A stretch of DNA of 64,000 nucleotides from Leucoraja ocellata (taxonomy: Eukaryota): NCBI GenBank assembly GCA_036785375.1, contig JAWMAR010000143.1, forward strand, positions 3,596,001-3,660,000. Reading direction: 5' to 3'. Positions 24,690 to 37,185 of the stretch are shown here, piece by piece. The translations under genes were made by a program, and so were the position numbers. Every line of letters starts with the position of its first letter. The first letter of the stretch is position 1. Under the pieces are notes generated by a model, which was not told the DNA's origin, did no database searches, and saw only the letters and a list, made by a program, of their open reading frames with translations.

Positions 24690-24910
24690 TTTAGATTGAA
24701 TGTACAGTAGGCAAATCTGACCATCCACACCCATGCTGCACTTCTTTTGGCCGTGGAACTGCATCTAATTTCTGATTCCTCCACCAGATATAGAGAAATC
24801 AATCTGTAACTATCGTGGCTGAGGTAGGCTAACTCAGCATTAAGCAGGTAATGAACCCAGGACCTTCCTGCTTGTACTACTCAACTGCCGAAGCCAGCTG
24901 AGCCATTAGA
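24690..24910 (-). mobile_element. Old tRNA-derived SINE remnant
   Basis: Minus strand reads tggctcagctgg (A box) ... ggaaggtcctgggttcatt (B-box-like) ... tgctgagttagcctacctcagcc. Confidence 0.55.
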
Positions 24911-25744
24911 AGACCATAAATATTTAATCTAGTCCTTATACAGTTTGTAAAAGGTGGAGACCCAGAGGAATTTTCTATCTCATGAACCTAAGTCACTGCT
25001 GGTCCTGTGATAAGTACAAATCAATGGCCTAGGGACTCCAACCTGTGGCCATCTGGTTAAAAAGCTCGATTTGAACTCTCAAAGCTACTGGGCTGCCCAA
25101 AGGGTATGAACAGATTTCATCTTCTTTGCCAGAAGTGGAATCTAGCATGATTTAAAAATGATTAATAAATCTTTAATTACCACAAAGCGTATCAATTATT
25201 AACAGATTAATTGTACATAATTATGACTTATTCAGCATTGTAGCCACATAAACATGTTCACACTGTGCCAGAGCTGGGAAGCTTTCATTTGAGTGATGCA
25301 TAGAAGTGTATGCTGCAATTCTAAGATATTTTAATGATTCTGAATAAATAAAATTAATTTGCCAAGGGATTACTGTTGTCATGCAAGCAACTGCAGATGA
25401 AGACACCATGCTTGGTGAAAGTAAGCTGGAATTGACAACTTTTTTCAAAAACCATGGCCCTTGTTTAGCACGAGCCAGAAAATAACAATTCTCCCAGGTA
25501 TCAATAAGTTTTTATTTTATAAAAGCATAGTTTTTGTGGAAGAAAATGTCAGTTATTAAGGGGATGCAGGTGGATTTCATAGACACTTTGAGTTAATGAA
25601 GTATTATTTTGGTGCAAAATTGAAATCATTTAAAAATAAAATGTCTGATTTTGAATGGAGTAATCAAGCCCAAAGACTATTTATAGTCAAATGCAATTCC
25701 TCACACACCTCTTCCTTTTATATGTGAATCCTAAAATGAACAAA

Positions 25745-25870
25745 TTGATTAATTAATTAATTAATTAGTTTATTGGCCAAGTATATACACATACAAGGAA
25801 TTTGCCTTGGTATGCCCCCCGTAAGTAACAACATGACATACAATAAACAATTAAGAATAAAACATAACAT
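25745..25870 (-). mobile_element. LINE 3' terminal fragment with (TAAT)n tail
   Basis: attaattaattaattaattagtttattggccaagtat...acatacaaggaatttgccttgg: short tandem tail plus a minus-strand AATAAA signal, typical of Rex/L2-type 3' ends. Confidence 0.55.
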
Positions 25871-26015
25871 TAAAACATATTACTATATTGCCCCTTGCAA
25901 CATAATGTTCTCAATTCAATTATCATGGCTAAGAAGAATCATGACAACACTTTTGTTTTCTTGAGCAAAGGGCCAGTTTCTGGGGGAAACATCTGAAAAA
26001 ATATTCCATTAAAAT

Positions 26016-26100
26016 GGAAAACGGCCCGAAACGTCGCCTATTTCCTTCACTCCATAGATGCTGCTGCACGCGCTGAGTTTCTCCAGCATTTTTGTGTACC
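26016..26100 (+). mobile_element. Truncated Penelope-tail short retroelement with TSD
   Basis: cggcccgaaacgtcgcctatttcc...ctccagcatttttgtgtacc; perfect 12-bp TSD ttccattaaaat (26004-15 / 26101-12). Confidence 0.9.
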
Positions 26101-28703
26101 TTCCATTAAAATATATGTTTTTCTGACCTGTGTTTTGCACAGTAGATTCTAGCATGCCTACCCTGTTTATAAAATATTTTTGGGAAACATCACATAACGT
26201 AATTGCTTTGTTGCCGTTGCTGGTTTGTTTCTCAAAAGTATGTATTTTTTGCAAACTGACAGATACACAAGGAGAATGGGGTGGACAGTTCTTGGTTTTG
26301 ATTAATACTATTTTAAACCAATCCCGTTTCAAACTAGTATAACACTTATTCAGCAGAAACCCAATCCATTAAAGTATGACTTTTATTCTTCCCAAAAATG
26401 CTTCCTCATTACACTGTGGTGCTATAAATATAATATTTTAGTACAGATAATCATACTCTATTCTGAAACTATGGTGAATATTGTCAGTTCCCAGTCTGGG
26501 AGATAGAAAAAAACTGAAAGTTAACAATATTGCAGAGTATGCTAATGGAAACCATTTTAAATAGCAGTGAAGAAACAAAGCCATTGTGCTGTATTGACAT
26601 ATTGATGTAAAAAAGATTAACCTTGAAAGTTGATATACCCGACTATAATAACAACTTAAGCCTTTGTTTTTCTTATATATAATGAGCTGGATTGTCGTGC
26701 ATTTGGCCCTGCCCAAACTTGCCGCCTCTGGGTTCCTATTCGTCAACACTAACGCGATCCACATATGAAGGGTTGACTGAACTGAGCTTCCATCCCTGGA
26801 TTCAACGAAATGGGACGGGCTGTGAGTGCCTCGACTATTATCGGCACCAGTGGCCTTTTGACGCTTGCAGCTGTCAAAGGCCTTTAAACTATATATAAAT
26901 GCCACTAATGATCAGAAAGTTTAAACAGAATTGAAAGAGACTGAAATAGTTGTCAAAAATATAACATTAAATCTAATTAAATTGTGAGAGATTTTAATTG
27001 ACGACATTGAGATAAAGAGTGTTAAATAAATCACATGCTGATTCAAGGTCAGTGACTACATTCAAACAAATGAAGCAATGCGGTTTGTGCCTGCCTTGGC
27101 TCTGTATTAGTGATTTACCGCAAAATTCATCCTATGCATGCTCCATCCAATTTAATAATCACCGTAGAAGATAAAAACTTAAGTTATAAGCACTTAGAAA
27201 AATGGATTGCTTGCCTTCAAAAAAAAAAGTTTGAAGATTTGTTCGGTTAATTAGAAAATATTCTGAAATGAATATAGTTAGGAGTACCGATAGCCAACAC
27301 AGTCCATAGTGTGTTGTTAACTGATATAAGCTGTTGTGATTAAAGAATTTGAGATCTTGCAATGACCTATATTATGGTGGATTATCATTTTACATTGGCT
27401 AACGGAGATGAATAGTAGAGTCATTATTTTGATTGGCTTCTAAACAATTCAAAATATCTAAGCAGCAAGAGGCCATTTAAATCATTTTGTGGCCCACTTA
27501 TAATTGTTCATTTGGAATTTGACGGAGTGCATTTTTAAAGGAATTTAAGGCTGCATTATCTTCCTTTGTCTGCTTCCATAGTTCTGTTTTAGGACCATCA
27601 AGAAGTGTCATTTAAAGCCTCATGTGAATGGCATTCTGTCGTTGTTTAATAAATCAAGCTCTTATGTGGAATTTTCTGCTGGAATTAAGGCAATTTTGTT
27701 TCAATTTCAAACCTTTGTTGCTGAAATGTTCGAACCTTTTTCATTTCCATCCTCCGATGAAAACTTTCTGCTATTTGAAAAGTATCATCGATGGTTGAGA
27801 AACTTTATGAGACAGTTTTATGTTGTCAATGACTACGGGAGTAACCATTTTGCATGTGAAGATTAGGTGATGGTTGTTAAAATGGATGTTGTAATTTCAT
27901 GAGTTTACGAAAGAGATAAATACTTTCTTTAAACAAAGAATCTCAATGCTTATCATTAAAAGTTCCTCCAACATAATGTTTTTCCCTGTATCCGTGCACG
28001 TGATAATAATAAACCAATACGAATATTCATTTAAAATCTTGCCTGGTCATGGATTACTCCGGCTGGATCTGGTTTCAGACTTCACTTGTGCCAAAGACAG
28101 GTAACGGAGCAGCTCTTAATGTAGTCTGAGTTAACTGAAAACCAATGAGAACTGGTGGTTTATTACTATCTGAGCCTGAAACTGTCCATGGTTACTCAGT
28201 TAGTTTGTGAATGCAGTCCTACAGGCATTCTCAATTTATTTTGAAGGGTCTGGGTGTTTTGAACTATTTGAACAATCTCTTCCCCCCCCAACGCCCTCCC
28301 CATTTTTTACTAGTAAACTAGAAATGTTATATCTTGGTGTGAAAAGGAAACATTAAGCCATGTATGAGGTGCAACATGGGCATAATTATGTAATTGCAAC
28401 ATGCTGCCAGCTATTTAAACAATGACTACAGTGAATTTACCGTTTGAATGTAGTTTTAACTGTGGTTAAAACAGTTCAAATACCCCATTGGAATTAATAT
28501 AAAATATTGTAATTTTTTTTCTATTTGATCCCTTTTCTCAAAATAAACCTTTACCGTTGTTAATAATTTGAGCTAAGGTTCCCATGTCAGGTTAACATTA
28601 ATTTTGTAGATAGCTATAAGATATAAGGCTAAACACTTCTCGGATAATCCTCGATCTGTGTTAAATCATCCAGCTCAGCTCCGGTGGCATTAGGGACAAA
28701 ATA

Positions 28704-30358
28704 CAGTGCCCTCCGTAATGTTTGGGACAAAGACCCATCATTTATTTATTTGACTCTGTACACCACAATTTGAGATTTGTAATATAAAAAATCACATGTG
28801 GTTAAAGTGCACATTGTCAGATTTTAATAAAGGCCATTCTATTTTCATTTTGGTTTCACCATGTAGAAATGACAGCAGTGTTTATACATAGTCCCCCCCC
28901 CCCCCATTTCAGGGCACCATAATGTTTAGGACACAGCAATGTCATGTGAATGAAAGTAATCATGTTTAGTATTTTGTTGCATATCCTTTGCATGCAATGG
29001 CTACTTGAAGTCTGCAATTCATGGACATCACCAATTGCTGGGTGTCTTCTCTGGTGATGCTCTTCCAGTCCTGTATTGCAGACATCTTTTACTTATGCTT
29101 CTTTTGGGGGTTAGTCCCCTTCAGTTTTCTCTTCAGCATACAAAAGACATGCTCAATTGGGTTCAGATCGGGTGATTGACTTGGCCACTCAAGAATTGAC
29201 CATTATTAGCTTTGAAAAACTCCTTTGTTGCTTTACCAGTATGTTTGGGATCATTGTCTTGCTGTAGAATGAACTGCCGGCCAATGAGTTTTGAGGCATT
29301 TGTTTGAACTTGAGCAGGTAGGATGTGTCTATACACTTCGGAATTCATTATGCTACTGCCATCAGCAGTTGTATCAACAATGTAGATAAGTGAGCCAGTA
29401 CTTTCAGCAACCATACATGCCCAGGCCATAACACAGCCAGCACCTTGTTTCACAGATGAGGTGGTATGCTTTAGATCTTGGGCAGTTCCTTCTCTCCTCC
29501 ATACTTTGCTCTTGCCATCACTCTGATACAAGTTAATCTTTGTCTCATCTGTCCACAAGACCTTTTTTCCAGAACTGTGGTTGCTCTTTTAAGTACTTCT
29601 TGGCAAACTGTAACCTGGCCATTCTATTTTTGCAGCTAACCAGTGGTTTGCATCTTGCAGTGTAGCCTCTGTATTTCTGTTCATGAAGTCTTCTGAGGAC
29701 AGTGGTCATTGACACATCTGACTCCTGAAGAGTGTTTCTGATCTATCGGACAGGTGTTTGGGGATTTTTCTTTATTATAGAGATAATTCTTCTGTCATCA
29801 GTTGTGGAGGTCTTCCTTAGCCTGCCAGCCCCTTTGCGATTAGTAAGCTGATCAGTGCTCTCTTTCTTCTTAATGAAGTTTCAAACAGTTGATTTTGGTA
29901 AGCCTAAGGTTTGGCTGATGTATCTAACAGTTTTATTCTTGTTTCTCACTCATAATGGCTTATTGGACTTTCATTGGCACAAATTTGGTCCTCATGTTGA
30001 GAAAAAGCAATAAAAGTTTCTAAAGGTGATGAAAAGACAGGAGAAAGACTAGGTACTGAGAGCTCTCTTATACCTGCATTAAAGAGGCAATTAAATACAC
30101 CTGAGCAATTACAAATGCCTGTGAAGTTGTGTGTCCCAAACATTATGGTGCCCTGAAATGGGGGGGGGGGCTATGTATAAACACAGCTGTAATTTCTACA
30201 TGGTGAAACCAAAATGTATAAAAATGGCCTTTATTAAAATCTGACAATGTGCACTTTAACCACATATGATTGTTTTCTATTACAAATATCAAATTGTGGA
30301 GTACAGAGACAAATAAATAAATGATGGGTCTTTGTCCTAAACATTATGGAGGGCACTG
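28704..30358 (-). mobile_element. Full-length Tc1-family (IR/DR type) DNA transposon, inactivated
   Basis: TA TSDs (28702-03 and 30359-60); CAGTG...CACTG termini; TIRs of about 235 bp, each with outer and inner direct repeats (ccataatgtttgggaca-like); 1655 bp long. Confidence 0.98.
28966..29995 (-). pseudogene. Tc1 DDE (DD34E-type) transposase pseudogene
   Basis: ATG at 29995; HTH-like TVRYISQTLGLPKSTV and GRLRKT; catalytic WTDETK, QQDNDPKH and SPDLNPIEH; C-terminus KGYATKY*; several in-frame stops and frameshifts. Confidence 0.95.
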
Positions 30359-30639
30359 TAACATGCACCAACATAACTGAAGTAGTTCATTAAAATATAA
30401 ATAAGCCCTTACAGCTCTTTGTATTCAAACATCGTCAGAACTGGATGCTTTTATGCAGGCCCTCTTTCTGGATAGCTTGCAATATACTCCATTCTATCAT
30501 TCACTAGACTTCGTTCTGGCTTAAACAACCAAAGTTACACACGGTTCCCGAATGAAAACAATAAACACGGGAGGTAAAAAGCAAGAAAAATTAAAGCGAG
30601 AAATGCCGAGGGAAGGTACTATTAAAGAACCTCGTTGAA

Positions 30640-31280
30640 TTGCATCCTGCAACTAGCAAATACTGCAGCCTTAGTTCACCAGGGGTAGCGAGAATGGTGC
30701 TTACAGTAGTGGGGAGAGTGTCCATCAAATGCCTGCTTTGTCTTGGTGCACATTTCTAGCTTTTTTGGGGGGGGGGGGGGGGGGACTGCAATCCTCCACC
30801 TTTCCAGGCAAGTAACAAAAAATGTTTTGTCATGAAGGTGGAAAAGCTTTGGTGAAACAGAAGGTGAGCCAGTTGCAGCAGAATATTCAGCATCTAATTC
30901 ACACTTATGGTGACATTATCCACTTGGCTAACCCAGTAAAACATCTGGTTTATAATGAGGTCCTAGGATGTTGATAGCAGGGGATTCAACAGCAGTAATG
31001 CTACTGAGTGTTAAAGGGTGTTGATTGGGCTCTTGTTTTTATGATTATCTTTACCTGGTACTTGTTTGAATGAGTGTATTTATCTTTATCAGCTCACTTC
31101 TGATTATTGTTCCGCTCTTGTTTCAAGTGGGTATGGATGTTTCATTATCTGAGGAATCACAATAGATCCAAACACTGTAATGACTAGCAAAATGAGTACT
31201 TCCAAGCTTCTATTGGAGAGAGATTTTGTGGTGAAGTGGTCTATGGTTGCTTAGCCAAGAACTTTGCCTTTGAAGAATTC
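30640..31280 (-). mobile_element. Ancient degraded non-LTR retrotransposon (CR1/L2-group) RT and C-terminal region
   Basis: Minus-strand remnant PLTLSSITAVESPAINILG resembles the post-RT segment of a common chondrichthyan LINE as I recall it; heavily mutated. Confidence 0.6.
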
Positions 31281-31659
31281 AACATTTGAACCTTCCTCAC
31301 TCATCATGAAAATACTACACAGTACAATTGAGGGTTTCTTCTGTTATGAGGGCTTTTCCTCCATAAGGAATCAATGTTATCAGAGACATGTATCAGTGGA
31401 AGGTAGATTGGCAAGGACAGGGTTAAGTTGGCTTTTCTCTTGTTATGATTCTTTAACCTTGTGCTACACACCAACTTTGGTAGCAGTGAACTGCAGCAAT
31501 CGATAGACTCCTATGGTGTAGCTTTTGTGTGGAGGAAGCATGAAGGAAGTCTTTGGTGTTTTTTCTACATCAGTTTTTAACATGGAAGAGTCCTGATCTA
31601 TCACCTAGTCATCATTAGACAGTTTACATGCCTGAGTTTGATCTGATGCCTTCACGATG

Positions 31660-32253
31660 TTTAGTTTTAGTTGAGAGATGCATCGCAGGAACAGGCCTTT
31701 CTGCCCACCGAGACTGCGCCGAGCAGCAATCTCCACACACGAACACTATCCCACACACATTAAGGACAATTCACAATTTTACCAGGCCAATTAGCCTATA
31801 AACCCATACCTTTGGTGTGTGGGGGAAAACTGTAGTGTCCGGAAAAAAAATGCACATGTCACGAGGAGAACGTACAAACTCTGTACAGACAGTACCTGTA
31901 GTCAGGGTGGAACCCAGGTCTCGGGTGCCCCTGTCCCACTTTCCCGAGTTACTCACAAATTCTCCCGAGTTTTCCCCTTGATTCAAACTCGGAAATGCCA
32001 GCCGTAGGTACTCGGGGCTATTTTTTTTTACTTGTGGATATTTTTCAACATGCTGAAAAAACGTCCTGACTTACCTGATGCCCCGAGTGCCTACGGCTGG
32101 CATTACAAGCCACTATGAAATATCTATGGAGTCGCTACGGACATTCTCCGTGTTTGAATCTAGGGGAAAATTCGGGAGAATTCGTGAGTAACTCAAGAAA
32201 GTGGGACAGGGGCTTAAGGCAGCAACTAGACAGCTGCGCCGCCATGCCGCCCC
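31660..32253 (-). mobile_element. tRNA-derived SINE (V-SINE/HE1-like), interrupted by a MITE
   Basis: Minus strand: GGGGCGGCATGGCGGCGCAGC head, gggttcc B box, ctgtacagagtttgtacgttctcctcgtgac core, CR1-like tail with (ctaaa)n. Confidence 0.9.
31927..32213. mobile_element. TTAA-targeting MITE (Kolobok-like)
   Basis: TIRs of about 52 bp (gcccctgtcccactttcccgagttactcac... / ...gtgagtaactcaagaaagtgggacaggggc); TTAA on the right (32214-17); shares CCTGTCCCACTT terminus with 12735-12979. Confidence 0.88.
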
Positions 32254-32519
32254 AATGGTCTGCAGTCAATGTTGACCAATTTGAGGCCCATCCTTTTAAC
32301 TTTGGATCTGTCCTACATGTGGGATAGTTCACACCCAGGGATGGAGCGTAATGTTTAAGATGTCCATAGGACAGTTCTCTCAATTCTGGAATGAGCTCCC
32401 AGATGTGAATGATCAGGAATCACTAAAGTTAATTTGGTTTAGTGTGTCTTTATCATGTTCAAATCCTATGCGTAGGTTGATTATTTTACTATGGTTTTTC
32501 ATAATGTTATGGTATGTGC

Positions 32520-33010
32520 ATTTGAGTGGGCATTTAGGGGTATGCCACAATATTATTAGTTTGGACACAAAATGCTGGAGTAATTCTGTGAGACAGGCAG
32601 CATCTCTGGAGAGAATGAATGGGTGACCTTTCGGGTCTCGACCCGAAAGGTCACCCATTCCTTCTCTCCAGAGATGCTGCCTGTTCCGCTGAGTTACTCC
32701 AGCATTTTGTGTCCATCTTTGATTTAAACCAGCATCTGTAGTTCTTTCCTACACATTATTAGATTGGAATTACTTATGTGCCAGACTAGATAAAAACAGT
32801 AGGTTTTCTTTTGTCAGGGTATAGAAGTGACCTTGAGGAGTTGTTCATAACAATCCAGTAGTCCACATTACTGTTGCTAACTTATTATTCTAGATTTATT
32901 AAATTAATTGAATTTATTTCATCAGCTGCTATGGTGACATTTGAACTCGTTCTCTGAATCATTAGTTCAAGTCCTTGGATTATTAGTAAAGTAACTTCTT
33001 ACGCTATCAT
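32520..33010 (-). mobile_element. Old tRNA-derived SINE remnant interrupted by a fold-back element
   Basis: Minus strand: ttactaataatccaagg...gagttcaaatgtcaccatagcagctg...aattcaattaatttaataaatctagaat...ctactggattgttatgaac, matching a recalled shark/ray SINE. Confidence 0.6.
32562..32754. mobile_element. Fold-back Penelope-tail short retroelement with TSD
   Basis: Near-perfect palindrome centred on gggtc-tc-gaccc (about 32633-32644); TSD attattagtttgga (32552-65) / attattagattgga (32755-68). Confidence 0.92.
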
Positions 33011-35850
33011 ACTCATGCATTTTTCATAACTTTTTTGAAGTAATAATGTGCCATGGGGGATAGCAATGTTTTCACATTGCTAAACAGGGTCACAGTATGA
33101 CTGTCAGCATTAGTAATATTTTTCAATTTGTTCTTAAGCAAATTTCTGCAAAGGTTTTTAGTATTTAAGTCTGAGAGGGTAAAGTGTTTATATTATAAAA
33201 TAGAGACAGTTCATGTGGCTTGAGCACGTACATGACACAGCAGTGGAATGTGCTTGTAAACTTGGTGGACCATGTGACTGTAAACCCCCTTTTAGAGTGA
33301 AGAGATTAATATGTATGATGCAGTGCTGCTGAGCTCTTCCCTAATGCACAGAAAGCTGTTTTTCATATATTGTAGCCTGGGAAAGCTCTGTACCAGCGAA
33401 GGCGTAACTCTATCTCTTTCTGAGTTGTTGCCAAGCAGATGTAGGGTCCTGGAACCTTCCCAGCAAACTTGACATAGCCAATACTTCTGTGAGCTGGCCT
33501 TCATCTCCTCTGTTCACTCAGTTCTATTCAAATGCCTGAAGTGTATAATTTATTTTCTGCTGTGGCAGGGAAGCTACAATTTGGTGTCCAATCCTCCTCA
33601 ATGGCAACCCTGAAATGTTGGAAGCTGCTTTGAATTAACCCCCTCCTAGAATGCTAAAATTGCAGAGTGTATCATTTTTTTTATAGACTGGCAGTATTGT
33701 TAATTTAATTATGAACAATTAAGAGTGAAGGAAGGATCATGTCAGTTGGCAGTGGTCATTATGCAGTGGACTAAAATGTTTAACACAAATGTACGCATTT
33801 TTTAAAATTCACTACTTTTTAAGGGATCTTAACAATCTTACTGACCAAATAAATTGCTGAAGTCACTGAAAGAAATAGAGTAATTCAGATGCCAAACACT
33901 GCTTGTTCCAGGACTGCTAATAATATTTTCTTTGATCCTTCAGGCATTTCAGCCCCACCCCCACTAATTGATTTCACTCCTGACTTCATAATACCCAGGC
34001 TGTATATAACTCTAAGCTTTGATGTCCCGATGTTTTGAGATTCCTCAGATATTGCAGCCTTCCTAGGCCCTACTTATATCAGAATTCCCAATCCTCCAAG
34101 GACGCAATCACCCTGAGGCTATATTCTCCTTGCATCCAGCTTCTTACAATCTCAATTACAAACCCGTGCCATTCACTAGCCATCCAATTGGCCCATACCT
34201 TCAAGTGTGCAATTGTATTTTTTTTCTCACCTGCCTGCATCCTAACTCATGGACAATCCAGATTTTTTTGTAATCTGCAGCTCCCTCTGAATCATCCCCA
34301 CCCTAAGCACTATTTCCCTCCCTCAGACCCTTCCTCCTCTATCCAGCTATTTTCTATCCCAGCAACGTGACCGCCTCACCTCTCCCAACAATCTGGCTTT
34401 GTTTTCAAGCAGCATGTTTATGATTTCAGTGGGAGCTGCAGTGCAATTGAAATTAGCAACAATGGTCCCAGGACTGTAACTTTTAGGCCAGACAGTGTTC
34501 GATTAAACTCCCAACGATGTGGGATCCAGTTGTTTGGAACTCTTGGTGGTTTGGAACCTTGTTCTCTCATTAGTGCAGAATGAGATCAGGGGACGAGATT
34601 GCTGATGGGGTATGTAGGCAGAGCCAGCAGTCCTGAGGATGGCAGGGGCTGGTGCTGGGAAACTGGTGTGCATCTTTAGCCATGATTGGGTTCTGACGTA
34701 TGGACCGTATGCTGGAACCCGTGTTCGGAATGATTGTATGTTTCCTGCACTTCTCAAACTCACTAGGTTCACTGGAAAATGTATTAAAAGTGTATTAAAA
34801 GAAGGAAAATCCAATAGCCCAGAAAATCAGATGGTGCAGCATGACCAAAGTTTCAAGAAATGTAGTGTAATTTTAATCAGGACTGCGCAATCAACTGTTG
34901 TTGAACCGAATAGGCAAGTATTTATTTCATTATTACTTGACCCCAGATGCACACTGGAGATAATTAGCTATTCATAACAGTTGCCAGTTATTAGTGTTCA
35001 GAATGAAATGTGCCTTTTTTCACAACATTTTGGTACATTTGCCCAGTGATATTCCCAAACATTGTAAGTTGCTTTAATTATAGATCTACTGGCTAAAGGA
35101 TTAATTAGTAGAAATGACCTACTGACCTTAGCTCTAAGAAAAGGGAGGGTGAATTGCTTGGTTTGGTTTATCTATCGGAGGCTGATTATTTTCTCTCTCT
35201 TGTCACTCTAGAACTCTCAATGCAAATATTTCTAAATTGCAGTAGTTTTGTGGCAGCCAACAATTCATTAACATTATAGCTATAAAGCTGTCAGGAACAG
35301 TGGATGTTCATCCCTCATTCCCAGGCTGGATTTACACTCAGACCTCTGGTGTAGAACTGGTATCATAATTCATGTCTTAAATCAATTCACTGTCTAATCC
35401 TTTCAAAAATTAACATTTTCTAACCTGTTGGTATTAGCAAAATATTCTAGCACTGAACTGTGCTTCAAAATCTTGTGCTCCAACTACTGCACTGAATTAT
35501 TTGGTCATTTTTCATAATGTTTATCTTTACTAATCAAAAACAAAATCTGTAAGCAAGCTATTTTCTTTGGTGTTCTCCAAGCAAAACTGAACACACACAT
35601 TCTGCAGCTTGGATTTCAATAAAATTGAAGATATGTTTTTCTTTACTGATTTGTTTCCTTCTTTTACCTTGGCTCAGTGAAGCCAGAACCAGTGTTCTGG
35701 ATTAGGAGGCAATGGCACAGAATGATCCAGAAGAGACCATGTGATACGTTGGAGCAGTCTATTTATATAAAAAAGTATGTAGTTTAGTCTTGGGTTGTTT
35801 CTTGATTTGACAACCAGTGTTTAACACAACACTGTATCCTTTACAGGTAT

Positions 35851-36160
35851 ACATAGAAACATAGAAAATAGGTGCAGGAGGAGGCCATTCGGCCCTTCAA
35901 ACCAGCACCACCATTCATTGTGATCATGGCTGATCGTCCCCTATCAATAACCCGTGCCTGACTTCTCCCCATATCCCTTGACTCCACTAGCCCCGAGAGC
36001 TCTATCTAGCTCTCACTTAAATCTATGCAGTGATTTGGCCTTCACTGCCCTCTGTGGCAGGGAATTTCATAAATTCACAACTCTCTGGGTGAAAACATTT
36101 TTTCTCACCTCAGTCTTAAATGACCTCCCCTTTATTCTAAGACCTCCCCTTTATTCTAAG
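35851..36160 (-). mobile_element. 5'-truncated CR1 3' end
   Basis: acatagaaacatagaaaataggtgcaggag...gccattcggccctt is the same subfamily tail as 3751-4276. Confidence 0.92.
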
Positions 36161-36434
36161 TATAGATATCCATGGAGGAAATATGAATGAAGTATAACTT
36201 GGGGTGGAGAAGACAATGGCTCCTTTCTTGCCCTCTGTGCACTCACTGCTGGGCAAGTGCTCCCGCAGTGGAATTTCAACCCTTTTGAGTTTCTTTTCAT
36301 GAACAAGTGTACTTTACAGTTGCAAATAAATGATGCAGTATTTCTCATATGAAGATGAAAAATAATTACTTTTGGGGTCTTCTATTCTCAAGCTTTGTTA
36401 TGCATTAAAGATCTCTTCATATTGGATGATCAAG

Positions 36435-36565
36435 CCATATGTGATAGGGCCAGAATTAGGCTATTCGGCCCATCAAGTGTACTCTGCCATTCAATCATGG
36501 CTAATCTATCTCTCCCTCCTAACCCCATTCTCCTGCCATCTCCCCATAACTCCTAACACCCGTGG
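36435..36565 (-). mobile_element. CR1 3' UTR fragment (different subfamily)
   Basis: gaattaggctattcggcccatcaag...ctgccattcaatcatggct...ccccattctcctgcc. Confidence 0.8.
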
Positions 36566-37119
36566 CAACCTCCATTCCATCATTGCTATTTAATACTTCA
36601 TAGACCATTCTCTTGCAAAGTCAGTTACCTGTTGAATACAGAATTGTTTTAGTCCGAAAGCTCTGAGCAGGCTATCCTCGTGTATTTTCTAAGTTGCTGG
36701 AGGGACATTGAATCATTGTCTTGAGCTATCAATACCCAAATAAGAACGTTTAAAGTTTGACATAACTGTAATTATATCTAAAATAGACAATGTGGCTGCA
36801 TGCAAGTTTTCAAGGGAATCTGAATTATGCTTTCACTGTAATTTTATCAATGAACATTATGCAATTCATTAGTCTGTTTATGTTGATATATTTATGTTGT
36901 TAATTGTCATCTGGCAGTAACTATGTGTTTTTAGAAATAACTGCAATAATCAGGTTATTATCTCCATGAATCTCACTTGAGATTTTAAATTGATCAATAT
37001 TAATATTTTAAAATTATATTTTTAGCAAAATCTTTCACTGATTGGCAACCATTTTAATGGTGTATATACATTGAAATGTATTGTCATTCATTTGAGTTGG
37101 TATTAAATCCCTTTCAAAT

Positions 37120-37185
37120 AATAACCAAGGATGGATATTAAATGCTGCTTGTCAGCAATGCCCACATCCTTGAAAGAATAAAATC
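37120..37185 (+). mobile_element. LINE/SINE 3' tail remnant
   Basis: ggatggatattaaatgctgcttgtcagcaatgcccacatccttgaaagaataaaa resembles a common chondrichthyan retroposon tail as recalled. Confidence 0.5.

Noticed and set aside
26438-26905. 155-aa minus-strand ORF
   Set aside because: No recognisable domain or splice structure; better explained as a non-coding block.
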